Assembly: GCA_046719185.1 (NCBI GenBank)
Contig: JBDNDK010000001.1
Span: 1-50,316 of the forward strand
Direction of reading: 5' to 3'
Length of the DNA stretch: 50,316 nucleotides
Origin: Armatimonadota bacterium
GTDB lineage: Bacteria; Armatimonadota; UBA5829
Every line of letters begins with the position of its first letter. Positions within the stretch are counted from its first letter, which is position 1. Of this stretch, positions 8,981-19,004 are shown piece by piece. The position numbers and the translations under genes are program-made. The notes below the pieces were generated by a model, which saw nothing but the letters and a program-made list of their open reading frames with translations, was not told the origin of the DNA and searched no databases.

Positions 8981-10567
8981 TTATTGTGGAATATTGCCTC
9001 CAATCAGCTTTGATATATCTGAAGATATCACCAAGAATAAAATTATAGCTAATATAAAGAACCCAGTTGTTTGCCATATTTGCATTTGCCTTTGAGTCAA
9101 TTTTTTCTTTCTAATAGCTTCAAGACCAATCAGCACTAAATGGCCACCATCAACAATAGGAATTGGAAGCAAGTTTATAAATGCTAAGCTCAAACTCAAC
9201 CCACCCATTGTAAGAAATACATAATATGGACCGATAGCAACAGCAGAAGAAGTGATTTTTGCAATCATTATAGGACCGCCGACTTCTTCTTTTATCTTTT
9301 TGCTTGTTAACACTTCCACAATCATTCCTGCAAGCCTTATAGTAGAGCTTATAGCTTGTTTTATAGATTCAACAAAGCCTGTCTTTACTAGTTTTGGCTG
9401 TGGTTGAAATCCCAACAATCCATAGGCAACAAAAACACCCATTTCAATATTAGAATTATAAGGCACTTCTAAAGTTACCTTTTCATCACCATTTCTTTCT
9501 ACAACTACTTTGTAGGCTTTATTATCATCTTTATTCTTGACAACATCTAATAAATCATCAGCATTATTTATCTTTATATCATCAATACTAACTAGAATGT
9601 CATATTCTCTGAATGGTATAGTTTCAGATGAATATTTTGTTTGTCTTTTATCTCCAATATCTGATGTATAGCCTTGTGGGAAATGCCATTTTACTCCACC
9701 AAATCTAACCCAAGCAATTTCAGGCTTTACATCATATCTAATAACTTTATTTTCGGTATTTACTCTTCTTTCAACTTCAATATATGTTTCAGTTGTACCT
9801 ATTGCTTCAATTTGGCTAATCATATCATTACCAGATTTAATTTCAATACCATTTATTGAAAGCAAAATATCATTTTCCTTCAAGCCAATTTTGCCGGCAG
9901 TAGATTCTGGGCTAACAGCACCCAAAACAGCTTTATTGTTTTCATTAAAAGCCCAAGCAGCTCCCAGATATTGCACCATCCATCTTGGAGTGCCTTCTTT
10001 TTTTAATATTTTGCCTTTTCTTTCTATTTCGAGTTCTAGTTTTTCACCAGGTTTTTTGTGTATTAAGTTTATTAGGTCATCACCAGTAGAGACCTCAATA
10101 CCATTTATTTTTAATATAGTGTCTCCTGATCTTAACCCAATCCTATGAGCTTCTGTTTGTGGATTTACAAATCCAACCCTATTCATCATTTCTGTTCCGT
10201 CAGGGAATCCCCAATATAAACCAACAAATATAAATACGGCTGCACCAAATAGGAAGCTAAACAATGGACCTGCAAAGATAGTTAATGCTCTCTTTCCTCT
10301 TGATTGTGCTTGAAAACCATCAGGAAGATGCTCTTCGTCAGGTTCCATACCAATAATTTTTACAAATCCTCCTAAAGGTATTAAATGAACAGTGAACTCA
10401 GTCTCATTTTTCTTATAATATCTAAAGAGTTTAGGACCAAATCCAATTGCAAATTCTTCAACTTTCATTCCAGATAGTTTTGCAAAAATATAATGACCAA
10501 ATTCATGGGCAACTACCAAAAATGAAAAAATAAAAATTAGTGCTGCTGCAGTTTGTAATATTTCCAA
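8981..10567 (-). CDS. rseP: RIP site-2 metalloprotease (M50) with PDZ domains
   Basis: 528 aa. HEFGHY zinc motif in TM1, PDZ-like repeats in the middle, and a C-terminal NLLPIPIVDGGH motif. TTG start with AGGAGA 8 nt upstream. Confidence 0.9.
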   Translation of the reverse strand: MEILQTAAALIFIFSFLVVAHEFGHYIFAKLSGMKVEEFAIGFGPKLFRYYKKNETEFTVHLIPLGGFVKIIGMEPDEEHLPDGFQAQSRGKRALTIFAGPLFSFLFGAAVFIFVGLYWGFPDGTEMMNRVGFVNPQTEAHRIGLRSGDTILKINGIEVSTGDDLINLIHKKPGEKLELEIERKGKILKKEGTPRWMVQYLGAAWAFNENNKAVLGAVSPESTAGKIGLKENDILLSINGIEIKSGNDMISQIEAIGTTETYIEVERRVNTENKVIRYDVKPEIAWVRFGGVKWHFPQGYTSDIGDKRQTKYSSETIPFREYDILVSIDDIKINNADDLLDVVKNKDDNKAYKVVVERNGDEKVTLEVPYNSNIEMGVFVAYGLLGFQPQPKLVKTGFVESIKQAISSTIRLAGMIVEVLTSKKIKEEVGGPIMIAKITSSAVAIGPYYVFLTMGGLSLSLAFINLLPIPIVDGGHLVLIGLEAIRKKKLTQRQMQIWQTTGFFILAIILFLVISSDISKLIGGNIPQ

Positions 10568-10585
10568 ATTATAATTCTCCTAAAA

Positions 10586-11755
10586 TTAATTGAGATTTTT
10601 TGCTATCTCAAGAGCAGATTTTCTTGCTATTGTATCAACTAAAACAATTTCATCTATGCTTGGTGAAGCAATATAATCAGCATGTTTTTCCATTGTCTTT
10701 TCGACAACAATTGCTATATCAGTAAATCCAATTTTTTCAGATAGGAAAAGATCAACAGCAACCTCATCAGCAGCATTCATCACCACTGCTAAGGTGCCTC
10801 CCTTTTCACAAGCATAATGTGCTAATTTTAGACAGGGATACTTTTTATAGTCAGGTTCTTCAAAAGTTAGCCTTCCTGTTTCAAATACATTAAACCTTGG
10901 CAGGTTTGAGTTTATTCTTTCTGGATACAATAGAGCATATTGAATTGGCAATCTCATGTCAGGCAATCCTAACTGAGCAATTATTGATGCATCTTTATAC
11001 TGTACCATAGAATGAATTATGCTTTGTGGATGAATCACTACTTCAATATCATTTGCACTAACTCCAAACAGCCATTTAGCTTCTATTATCTCAAGACCCT
11101 TGTTCATTAATGTTGCAGAGTCAATAGTAACTTTTTTTCCCATCTTCCAAGTTGGATGATTTAGTGCATCATCTGGAGTAACTTTTTTCAAATCTTCTAT
11201 ATTTTTATCTCTAAAAGCTCCACCAGAAGCGGTTAGAAATATTTTTTCAATATTATTTTGTTTTTCTCCATTCAAACACTGGAAAATTGCAGAATGCTCA
11301 CTGTCAATCGGCAGAATATTAACATTATTTATACGGGCTTTATCCATCACTATGTGCCCTGCAGCAACTAAAACTTCTTTGCTAGCTAGAGCCACATCTT
11401 TTTTATTTTCAATAGCAGTTAGAGTAGGGGATAATCCCGGTGTGCCTGCAATGGAAACAACTGCTTTATCACACTCATCTATCATAGCCAATTCATCAAA
11501 ACCATCAACGCCTGATAATACATTAATTCCTAATCCATATAATGCATCTTCAAGAGGATTTCTTAATTCATCTCTGCCAATGCAAACATATTTAGGCTTA
11601 AATTCCAGTGCTTGTTCAACCAGCATTTTGAGATTAGACTGTGCACCAAGACCAACTACATTTACTCTGTCCTTATCTAGTCTTTTAACAACATCCAATA
11701 CTTGTGTGCCAATAGAACCAGTGGAGCCTAGTAGAGAAATATTTACAGGTTTCAT
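10586..11755 (-). CDS. dxr: 1-deoxy-D-xylulose 5-phosphate reductoisomerase
   Basis: 389 aa. LGSTGSIGTQ NADPH motif, PIDSEHSAIFQC, and NKGLEIIEA. Its ATG overlaps the uppS stop (ATGA). Confidence 0.95.
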   Translation of the reverse strand: MKPVNISLLGSTGSIGTQVLDVVKRLDKDRVNVVGLGAQSNLKMLVEQALEFKPKYVCIGRDELRNPLEDALYGLGINVLSGVDGFDELAMIDECDKAVVSIAGTPGLSPTLTAIENKKDVALASKEVLVAAGHIVMDKARINNVNILPIDSEHSAIFQCLNGEKQNNIEKIFLTASGGAFRDKNIEDLKKVTPDDALNHPTWKMGKKVTIDSATLMNKGLEIIEAKWLFGVSANDIEVVIHPQSIIHSMVQYKDASIIAQLGLPDMRLPIQYALLYPERINSNLPRFNVFETGRLTFEEPDYKKYPCLKLAHYACEKGGTLAVVMNAADEVAVDLFLSEKIGFTDIAIVVEKTMEKHADYIASPSIDEIVLVDTIARKSALEIAKNLN

Positions 11756-12495
11756 TCTTCTTCTACCACTCCTCCAAATTTCCTTGTTCTATTTTGATAT
11801 GAGTATATTGCTCTAATCAACTCATCTTTATTGAAGTCAGGCCATAAAGTTTCAGTGATATATAATTCAGTGTATGCTGTTTGCCACAAAAGAAAATTAC
11901 TCAGTCTCATTTCACCAGCTGTTCTTATAAGCAAATCTGGATCTTTGAGTTCAGGATGATACATTAGATTAGATATTAATTTTTCATCGATATCTTCAGG
12001 CTGGATATCGCCTCTTTTTATAATTTTAGCAAGATGAATTGCAGCATCAACAATTTCATTTCTTCCACCATAATTAACAGCTAAATTCAAAATAATTTTT
12101 GTATTATTTTTTGTTTTAGCCTCATTTTCTGCAAATTGTTCTTTCAAAAAATCTGGCAGCATTTCAGTTCTTCCTGATGTTATCATTTTTACACCTTGAG
12201 TATTCATTTCATCAAGCTCTGCTTTTGCTGCATAAGCTATAAGTTTCATCAAACCTTCAACTTCTTCTTTTGGTCTTGACCAATTTTCAGAAGAAAATGC
12301 ATATGCAGTAATAGCTTTTACTCCAATTTCAGCTGCAGAAAATACAAAATCCTTCAGAACACTATATCCCTTTACATGTCCATCAAGCCTTTTTAAGCCT
12401 TTTCTTGTAGCCCATCTGCCATTTCCATCCATTATCACAGCAATGTGATTTGGAATATTTTTCATATCAAGTTGGCTAATATCTATTTTATTCAA
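11752..12495 (-). CDS. uppS: undecaprenyl diphosphate synthase (cis-prenyltransferase)
   Basis: 247 aa. HIAVIMDGNGRWA, FSSENWSRP and RTAGEMRLSNFLLWQ. TTG start with GGAGA 7 nt upstream. Confidence 0.95.
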   Translation of the reverse strand: MNKIDISQLDMKNIPNHIAVIMDGNGRWATRKGLKRLDGHVKGYSVLKDFVFSAAEIGVKAITAYAFSSENWSRPKEEVEGLMKLIAYAAKAELDEMNTQGVKMITSGRTEMLPDFLKEQFAENEAKTKNNTKIILNLAVNYGGRNEIVDAAIHLAKIIKRGDIQPEDIDEKLISNLMYHPELKDPDLLIRTAGEMRLSNFLLWQTAYTELYITETLWPDFNKDELIRAIYSYQNRTRKFGGVVEEE

Positions 12496-12554
12496 TAAAG
12501 ATTCTCCAAGGTAAACTTAAATAATAAAATTATACAATTATATTATATACGAAT

Positions 12555-12587
12555 AAGACCTCCTGCAGAATTATTACAGGAGGTCTT
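12555..12587 (-). terminator. hairpin downstream of frr (possible terminator)
   Basis: 11-bp perfect stem AAGACCTCCTG / CAGGAGGTCTT with an 11-nt loop. The U-tract on the minus strand is weak (ATTCGTAT). Confidence 0.45.
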
Positions 12588-12610
12588 GATATTGAAACAA
12601 TAAGTATGAA

Positions 12611-13168
12611 CTACACTTCCATTAATTCTGCTTCTTTATTGGAAGTTAGTCTATCAATTTCAGCAATATATTTATCTGTTTTCTTTTGAACTACATCTTG
12701 TTCACGCTTCAAGTCATCTTCTGTTATTTCTGAATTTTTTTGTTGTGCTTTAAGTTTTTCATTTACATCTCTTCTTATATTTCTTACAGCAACTTTGTGT
12801 TCCTCAGCTTTTTTATGAAGTTGCTTAATAAGCTCTTTTCTTCTTTCTTCAGTTAGCTGAGGAATATTTAGTCTAACAACATTACCATCACTCATAGGGC
12901 TCAAACCAAGTTCTGATGTTTGTATAGCTTTTAGTATTATATCAATGATACTCTTATCCCACGGTTGAACCATCAATTGTCTGGGTTCAGGAACAGATAT
13001 ACTAGCAAGCTGCATCAGTGGAGTAGGCGTTCCATAATAATTCACTTGTAAATTTTCAATCATTGCAGGGTTAGCTCTACCAGTTCTTAGAGTATTGAAA
13101 TCAGCTTGTGATGCCTCAACAGCTTTTTTCATTCTTCTTTCTGCATCTTGAATTAAATCTGCTGTCAT
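12611..13168 (-). CDS. frr: ribosome recycling factor
   Basis: 185 aa with full-length similarity to RRF (...FNTLRTGRANPAMIENLQVNYYGTPTPL...). The RBS GGAGG lies in the pyrH 3' end. Confidence 0.97.
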   Translation of the reverse strand: MTADLIQDAERRMKKAVEASQADFNTLRTGRANPAMIENLQVNYYGTPTPLMQLASISVPEPRQLMVQPWDKSIIDIILKAIQTSELGLSPMSDGNVVRLNIPQLTEERRKELIKQLHKKAEEHKVAVRNIRRDVNEKLKAQQKNSEITEDDLKREQDVVQKKTDKYIAEIDRLTSNKEAELMEV

Positions 13169-13169
13169 T

Positions 13170-13904
13170 TTAATCCTCCTTGACCAAAGTACCTATATTG
13201 CCACCCATTGCAGCCAACTTTATATTTCCCTTTTTGGTAATATTAAACACTACTATAGGAACTTTGTTTTCTCTACACATTGTAAATGCTGTTAAATCCA
13301 TAACCCTTAGGTTTTGGTTTATTGCATCCATATAAGTCAATGATTCTATAAACTTTGCATCTGGATTAACATTTGGATCAGAATCATAAATTCCGTCTAC
13401 ATTAGTAGCTTTCAGTACAACTTCAGCTTTAATTTCAACAGCTTTCAATGCAGCTGCAGTATCTGTGGTAAAAAAAGGATTGCCCGTGCCAGCAGCTAGT
13501 ATTACAACTCTACCTTTTTCAAGGTGCCTCATAGCCCTTCTTCTAATAAAAGGCTCAGCAACCTCACTCATCTCAATAGCAGTCTGAACTCTAGTTGGAA
13601 CTCCTAATTTTTCTAGAGCATCTTGTAGAGCCAAAGAGTTAATCACTGTTCCCAGCATACCCATATAATCACCAGTGGCTCTATCTATTCCTTTATCAGA
13701 TGCTGCTTCACCTCTAATAATATTTCCAGCACCTATAACAATAGCTACTTCAATACCTTCATCACAAGCTGACTTTATATCCTCAGCAATTGATTTTACT
13801 GTATCAGGGCAAATCCCTAATTTTTCTCCACCAGAAAACGCTTGTCCAGAAAGTTTTAACAGCACTCTTTTCCAAGTGAGATTCTTTTTAGGATTATTCT
13901 GCAT
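13170..13904 (-). CDS. pyrH: UMP kinase
   Basis: 244 aa. [12 protein letters not shown]..., GAGNIIRG, and [10 protein letters not shown]. Confidence 0.97.
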   Translation of the reverse strand: MQNNPKKNLTWKRVLLKLSGQAFSGGEKLGICPDTVKSIAEDIKSACDEGIEVAIVIGAGNIIRGEAASDKGIDRATGDYMGMLGTVINSLALQDALEKLGVPTRVQTAIEMSEVAEPFIRRRAMRHLEKGRVVILAAGTGNPFFTTDTAAALKAVEIKAEVVLKATNVDGIYDSDPNVNPDAKFIESLTYMDAINQNLRVMDLTAFTMCRENKVPIVVFNITKKGNIKLAAMGGNIGTLVKED

Positions 13905-14781
13905 CAGATGCAGTTTCTCCTACTCTAAATCTTACATAAGATTTTATTTCTACATTATCTTGTGCTGCTTTATTTACAGATTCAATTAATTTGCATATTG
14001 ATAAATCTTCATCTTTAATATATGGCTGTTCTAATAAGCAAGTTTTGGAATAAAACTCTTTCATTTTGCCTTCTATTATTCTATCTAAAACAGCTTCAGG
14101 CTTTCCTTCATTTATTGCCCATTGCCTATGTACATTTCTTTCTTTTTCAAGGTCTTCTTCAGAAATATCTTCTCTTGTAAGATAATTTGGATTACTCCAA
14201 GCTATATGCATTGCAAGATCTCTGCCTAATTGGGAAATTTCAGGTTTTGATGGATCTTCACAAGATAAGTTTACAATAACACCTATCTGATCACCTGTGT
14301 GTATATAATGACCAAGATAACCATCTGTATCAACTCTAGCAAATCTTGCAAGTGCTGTCTTTTCACCAAGTTTTGCTACAACTGCATTTATGTTTTCTTT
14401 TACAGTTTCACCATTAGCCATTTTCATACCCATAAGTTCATCAACACTTATATTAGATATTGATGAATCTTGTTCAGATATAAACTTAGCTAAATCTTCT
14501 GCTAGACCTTTGAATTCATCTGTCTTTGCAACAAAAGTTGTTTCACAATTGAGTTCAACAATTGTGCCAGCTTTTCCATCTGGTGATACATAAGCAGCAA
14601 TTACACCTTCACTAGCTGATCTGTTTTCTCTCTTTTGTGCAATTGCTATGCCTTTCTCTCTTAAGAGTGTTATAGCCTTTTCAAAATCTCCATCAGTTTC
14701 CCCTAGAGCTTTCTTGCAGTCCATCATTCCTGCACCAGTTTGCTCACGCAACTTTTTTACCATATCGGCACTAATCGCCAT
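13894..14781 (-). CDS. tsf: translation elongation factor Ts
   Basis: [26 protein letters not shown] is a canonical EF-Ts N-terminus. The ATG at 14781 has GGAGA 8 nt upstream. The track start at 14796 is a TTG inside that SD. Confidence 0.95.
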   Translation of the reverse strand: MAISADMVKKLREQTGAGMMDCKKALGETDGDFEKAITLLREKGIAIAQKRENRSASEGVIAAYVSPDGKAGTIVELNCETTFVAKTDEFKGLAEDLAKFISEQDSSISNISVDELMGMKMANGETVKENINAVVAKLGEKTALARFARVDTDGYLGHYIHTGDQIGVIVNLSCEDPSKPEISQLGRDLAMHIAWSNPNYLTREDISEEDLEKERNVHRQWAINEGKPEAVLDRIIEGKMKEFYSKTCLLEQPYIKDEDLSICKLIESVNKAAQDNVEIKSYVRFRVGETASDAE

Positions 14782-14826
14782 TGTTCTTTTCTCCAATTTC
14801 TAAAAAGTGTATTTTAAGTTAGATGA

Positions 14827-15678
14827 TTATTCTTCAAACATTTCTTCTTCAGTAGCAAATGGGCTATCATCTTCTTCCAATGTTTCATTTTCATCTACAT
14901 TAGCTTCTGCAGTTTCCACTTCATCAACATTAGGCTTTTCTTCTGTTTCATCCTCATTAGCCTGTGCAGTTTCTTCTGCAACCTCTAGTTCTTCTTCAGG
15001 TGCTTTTACTTCATTTACTGCTTCAGCAATTTTTCCTGATATCAATTTGATAGCTCTTATAGCATCATCATTTCCCGGTATAACATAATCAACTTCTTCA
15101 GGGTCACAGTTGGTATCAACTATTGCAACCACAGGAATTCCAAGCTTCTTTGCTTCAAGCAAAGCAATTCTTTCCTTTTTGAGATCAACTATATACATCA
15201 CTCCGGGCATTTCTTGCATATCTTTGATACCACCAAGATATTTCTGGAGTTTTTGATATTCTTCTCTCACCTTTGATGCTTCTTTTTTTGTTAATTGTTC
15301 AATTCTGCCATCTTCTTCCATCTTTTCAATTTCTTTGAGTCTGGCAATTCTATTTTGAATTGTTTTGAAGTTGGTAAGCATACCACCAAGCCATCTTTGA
15401 TTTACATAATACATACCACATGCTTTTGCAGCTTGTTCAATTGCTTCTTGAGCTTGTTTTTTTGTTCCTACAAAAAGAATTGAATTACCTTCTAACACAG
15501 ACTCTTGAACAAATTTTTGAGCATCATCAAAAAGCTTTACTGTTTGGTGGAGATCAATGATGTAGATTCCATTTCTTCCCCCATAAATGTATTTTTTCAT
15601 TTTGGGGTTCCATCTGTGTGTTCTATGTCCAAAATGAACACCAGCTTCAAGCAGTTCTTTCATTGATAATGAAGACAA
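14827..15678 (-). CDS. rpsB: 30S ribosomal protein S2 with a long acidic C-terminal tail
   Basis: ...[23 protein letters not shown] is canonical S2. TTG 15678 has AGGAGG 6 nt upstream. The longest-ORF ATG at 15717 has no SD. The last ~55 aa are E/D-rich. Confidence 0.93.
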   Translation of the reverse strand: MSSLSMKELLEAGVHFGHRTHRWNPKMKKYIYGGRNGIYIIDLHQTVKLFDDAQKFVQESVLEGNSILFVGTKKQAQEAIEQAAKACGMYYVNQRWLGGMLTNFKTIQNRIARLKEIEKMEEDGRIEQLTKKEASKVREEYQKLQKYLGGIKDMQEMPGVMYIVDLKKERIALLEAKKLGIPVVAIVDTNCDPEEVDYVIPGNDDAIRAIKLISGKIAEAVNEVKAPEEELEVAEETAQANEDETEEKPNVDEVETAEANVDENETLEEDDSPFATEEEMFEE

Positions 15679-15973
15679 AGTAATTCCTCCTAGGTTTTTT
15701 TCTTCCTGATTCTTCATCTTGTCAATTTATCCAAATAATTAGGACACCTAATTGAGCAATCAGAACCAGTGTTTGCTAAATAGCCAAAAAATAATAACAC
15801 ATTAATTAATTTCAGTCAATAAACCCATAAACTTTAGTATACAAAAATCCTAATTTTTATTTGTGGAATTATTATTGTCTATTTATTTTTATTTGGAATA
15901 TACATTAAAATGGTCAATATTAAAATAACACATTAAAATTAAATAATATCACTCTAATAAATGGAGCAAATTA

Positions 15974-18007
15974 ATGTATAAACATACTTTAAGATTTAGA
16001 CAAATACATTTGGATTTTCATACATCACCACATATACCCAATGTTGGTGTTGATTTTGATAAAAAACAATGGCGGCAAACACTGCTTGATGCAAAAGTTA
16101 ATTCTATTACTTGTTTTAGCAAATGTCATCATGGATTTTCATATCATCCAACTAAAGTGGGTACTATGCATCCGCATTTGAAATTTGATTTACTCAAGGC
16201 TCAATATGAAGCTTGCAAAGAAGTTGATATTAATGTTCCTATATACATATCCGCTGGTGTAGATGATGTTGAGGCTGAAAAGCATCCAGAATGGAGAGAA
16301 ATATCTATAAATGGTCAATATCAAGGTTGGAATACTCAAGTTGACAAACCCGGTTTTAAGACTATGTGCTTCAATACTCCATATCTTGATTTCTTATGCA
16401 AGCAAATAGAAGAAGTGGTTACATTATATCCTCATTGTGATGGTATATTTTTGGACATTATTTTTCAAGGTGAATGTTGCTGCACTTATTGTGTAAAATA
16501 TATGCAGGAACATGGATTAGATATTGAAAAACAGGAAGACAGAAGAAAATGTGCTGATATGGCACTCTTGAAGTATTATGAAAAATCAACTGCCGCTTGC
16601 AAAATTACAAATAAAGATATGCCTGTTTTTCATAACAGTGGACACATACCCAAAGGCAGACAAGACCTTTTAAAATTTTTTTCTCACCTTGAATTAGAAT
16701 CTCTTCCTACTGGTGGCTGGGGATATGATCACTTTCCAATGTCAGCAAAATATGTTCAGAATTTAGATGTGGATTTTATGGGAATGACTGGCAAATTCCA
16801 TACTATGTGGGGAGAGTTTGGTGGTTATAAACATCCAAATGCACTCAAATATGAATCAGCACTGGCATTAGCAAATGGTGCTAAAATATCAGTAGGTGAT
16901 CAGCTGCATCCTAGTGGAAAAATTGATACAAGCACCTATGGGATTATAAAAGCAGCCTATGATGAAGTTGAAAAGAAAGAACCGTGGTGTGATGATGTTA
17001 AATCTATAGCTGATATTGCTGTTCTTTCATCTGAAGCAGAAGCAAGATATAGTGATTTAAGCAATATAAATAGAAACCAAGATATTGGTGTTGGCAGGGT
17101 ATTGCTTGAAAGTCATTTTTTGTTTGATTTGCTTGATAGGGATATGAGTTTTGATGGATATAAACTCTTAATTTTGCCAGATGTCATAAAAATAGATGAT
17201 CAGCTAAAAAAGAAGATTGATAAGTATCTATTAACTGGAGGAAAATTATTACTTACAGGCAAAAGCGGACTCTCAATGGATGAAAAAGAATTTGTTTTTG
17301 ATATTGGTGGAGTATATGAAGGTGAAAGTGAACACCAGCCAGATTATCTTCTTCCAATACCAGAATTAGCACCGGATTTTGTGCATCATCCAATGGTGAT
17401 GTATATGAAAAGTCAAAAAGTGAGAGCAACAGACGGAAGAGTATTAGCTGATATTGAAAAGCCTTTTTTCAATAGAAAATGGAATCACTATTGCAGTCAT
17501 CAGCATGCTCCAAATGCTGGAAAAACTGAATATGCAGGTATTCTACAAAAAGACAATATCACATACATGGCTCATCCAATATTCTCAATATATGGTGCAT
17601 TAGGAGCTGTGATTTATAAAGATGTTGCAAAAAAAGTTATAAATAATATATTGGGTGATAATAAAACACTTAAGACAAATCTGCCTTCCACTGCAAGAAT
17701 CACATTAATGAATCAGGAAAAAGAAAAAAGATATGTTTTGCATTTATTATATGCAAACACTATCTCAAGAGGATCTGAGCAAGTTTTATCACCTGAAGGA
17801 TATGTTTACAATTCACACAAAGTAGAAGTAATAGAAGAATTACTGCCTTTGTATAACACAATAATACAATTAAAAATAAAACAAAACATTTCAAAAATTA
17901 CACTTGAACCAGAAGGAAAGGAGATAGATTTTATAAAAGATGGAGATTATATAAGCATTAAGATTGATCAATTTACATGCCATCAGATGGTAGTTTTGCA
18001 TTATTAG
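15974..18007 (+). CDS. GHL6-family putative glycoside hydrolase with beta-galactosidase-trimerisation-like C-terminal half
   Basis: 677 aa. The N-terminal block FRQIHLDFHTSPHIP...FSKCHHGFSYHPT matches my recollection of the GHL6 (PF14871) signature. GGAG RBS. Confidence 0.55.
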   Translation: MYKHTLRFRQIHLDFHTSPHIPNVGVDFDKKQWRQTLLDAKVNSITCFSKCHHGFSYHPTKVGTMHPHLKFDLLKAQYEACKEVDINVPIYISAGVDDVEAEKHPEWREISINGQYQGWNTQVDKPGFKTMCFNTPYLDFLCKQIEEVVTLYPHCDGIFLDIIFQGECCCTYCVKYMQEHGLDIEKQEDRRKCADMALLKYYEKSTAACKITNKDMPVFHNSGHIPKGRQDLLKFFSHLELESLPTGGWGYDHFPMSAKYVQNLDVDFMGMTGKFHTMWGEFGGYKHPNALKYESALALANGAKISVGDQLHPSGKIDTSTYGIIKAAYDEVEKKEPWCDDVKSIADIAVLSSEAEARYSDLSNINRNQDIGVGRVLLESHFLFDLLDRDMSFDGYKLLILPDVIKIDDQLKKKIDKYLLTGGKLLLTGKSGLSMDEKEFVFDIGGVYEGESEHQPDYLLPIPELAPDFVHHPMVMYMKSQKVRATDGRVLADIEKPFFNRKWNHYCSHQHAPNAGKTEYAGILQKDNITYMAHPIFSIYGALGAVIYKDVAKKVINNILGDNKTLKTNLPSTARITLMNQEKEKRYVLHLLYANTISRGSEQVLSPEGYVYNSHKVEVIEELLPLYNTIIQLKIKQNISKITLEPEGKEIDFIKDGDYISIKIDQFTCHQMVVLHY

Positions 18008-18024
18008 ATAATTAAGAGGATATT

Positions 18025-18984
18025 TTGAATTCAAGAGATAGAGTTTTAAGAGGAATAAATCATGAAAAATTAGACAGATTTCCTACTGATATATGGTGTA
18101 CAGGAGAAGTATTTAATAAATTAATTCAGAATTTTGGCTCAGCAGATGAAATTTATTCTGCTCTACATATTGATGGAATTGCTATGATGATTCCTGAATA
18201 TAAATATAGTAGTATATTCACTTGAAAACTTCAAAACTATAGGTGAAATTGATAAATACAATTGGCCTAATCCAGATTGGTTTGATTATAAAAAATTAAG
18301 AGATGATGTAATAAAAAATAGAGAAAAAAGAGTTGTTTGTGTTGGTTATATGGCACCATTTTTTCTTCATAACAAGCTTAGAGGATTAGAAAATTCTTTA
18401 ATGGATCCGTATGATGACCCAGAGTTTACACACTATCTTATGAATAGAATATCTGATTTTATGTATGAAAATCACAAAAGAATGTTTGAGGCTTGTGAGG
18501 GATTAATTGATCTTACACAAGTAACTGATGATTTTGGTAGTCAAACAGGTTCAATGATAAGCCTTGATACATTTAGAGAATTTTATAAACCATATTTTAA
18601 GAGTTTTAATGACCTAGCAAAGAGCTTTGGAATTAAAGTTTTTCATCATGATGATGGATCTATGAGACCATTGCTTCCAGATTTGGTTGAACTTGGTATT
18701 GATATATTAAACACAATACAGCATAATTGCCCCGGTATGGATATGAAAGAACTAAAATCATAGTTTGGAGAAAAATTTGTATCCATGGAGCAATAGAAAA
18801 CCAGCAAATACTGCCATTTGGATCTCCTGAGGATGTAAGAAAACAAGTAAGAGACTGCATAGATGCACTTGCAAGTGACGGCACAGGATATATACTAGCA
18901 CCTTGTCATAATATCCAACCAGTAACACCAATGGAAAATATTATTGCAATATATGATGAAGCTCATAATTATGGTAAGTTTTAA
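18025..18984 (+). pseudogene. uroporphyrinogen-decarboxylase (URO-D / MtaA-like) family gene, inactivated
   Basis: Three colinear fragments in frames 1, 2 and 1 (18025-18225, 18212-18763, 18727-18984). There is a frame change plus apparent loss of ~30-40 codons near 18200-18220. There is an in-frame TAG at 18761-18763. A 1-nt shift in the A5 run at 18771-18775 restores ...KELKS*FGEK|ICIHGAIENQQILPFGSPEDVR. Confidence 0.8.
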
Positions 18985-19004
18985 TATGTTTGAATTTTAT
19001 ATAT

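Noticed and set aside
18761-18763. In-frame TAG in the URO-D/MtaA-like gene read as pyrrolysine
   Set aside because: Pyl is known in MtmB/MtbB/MttB-type methyltransferases, not in MtaA/URO-D-type proteins. No pyl genes are in the window. The same gene also has a frameshift 10 nt later and an internal deletion, so nonsense decay is the simpler reading.
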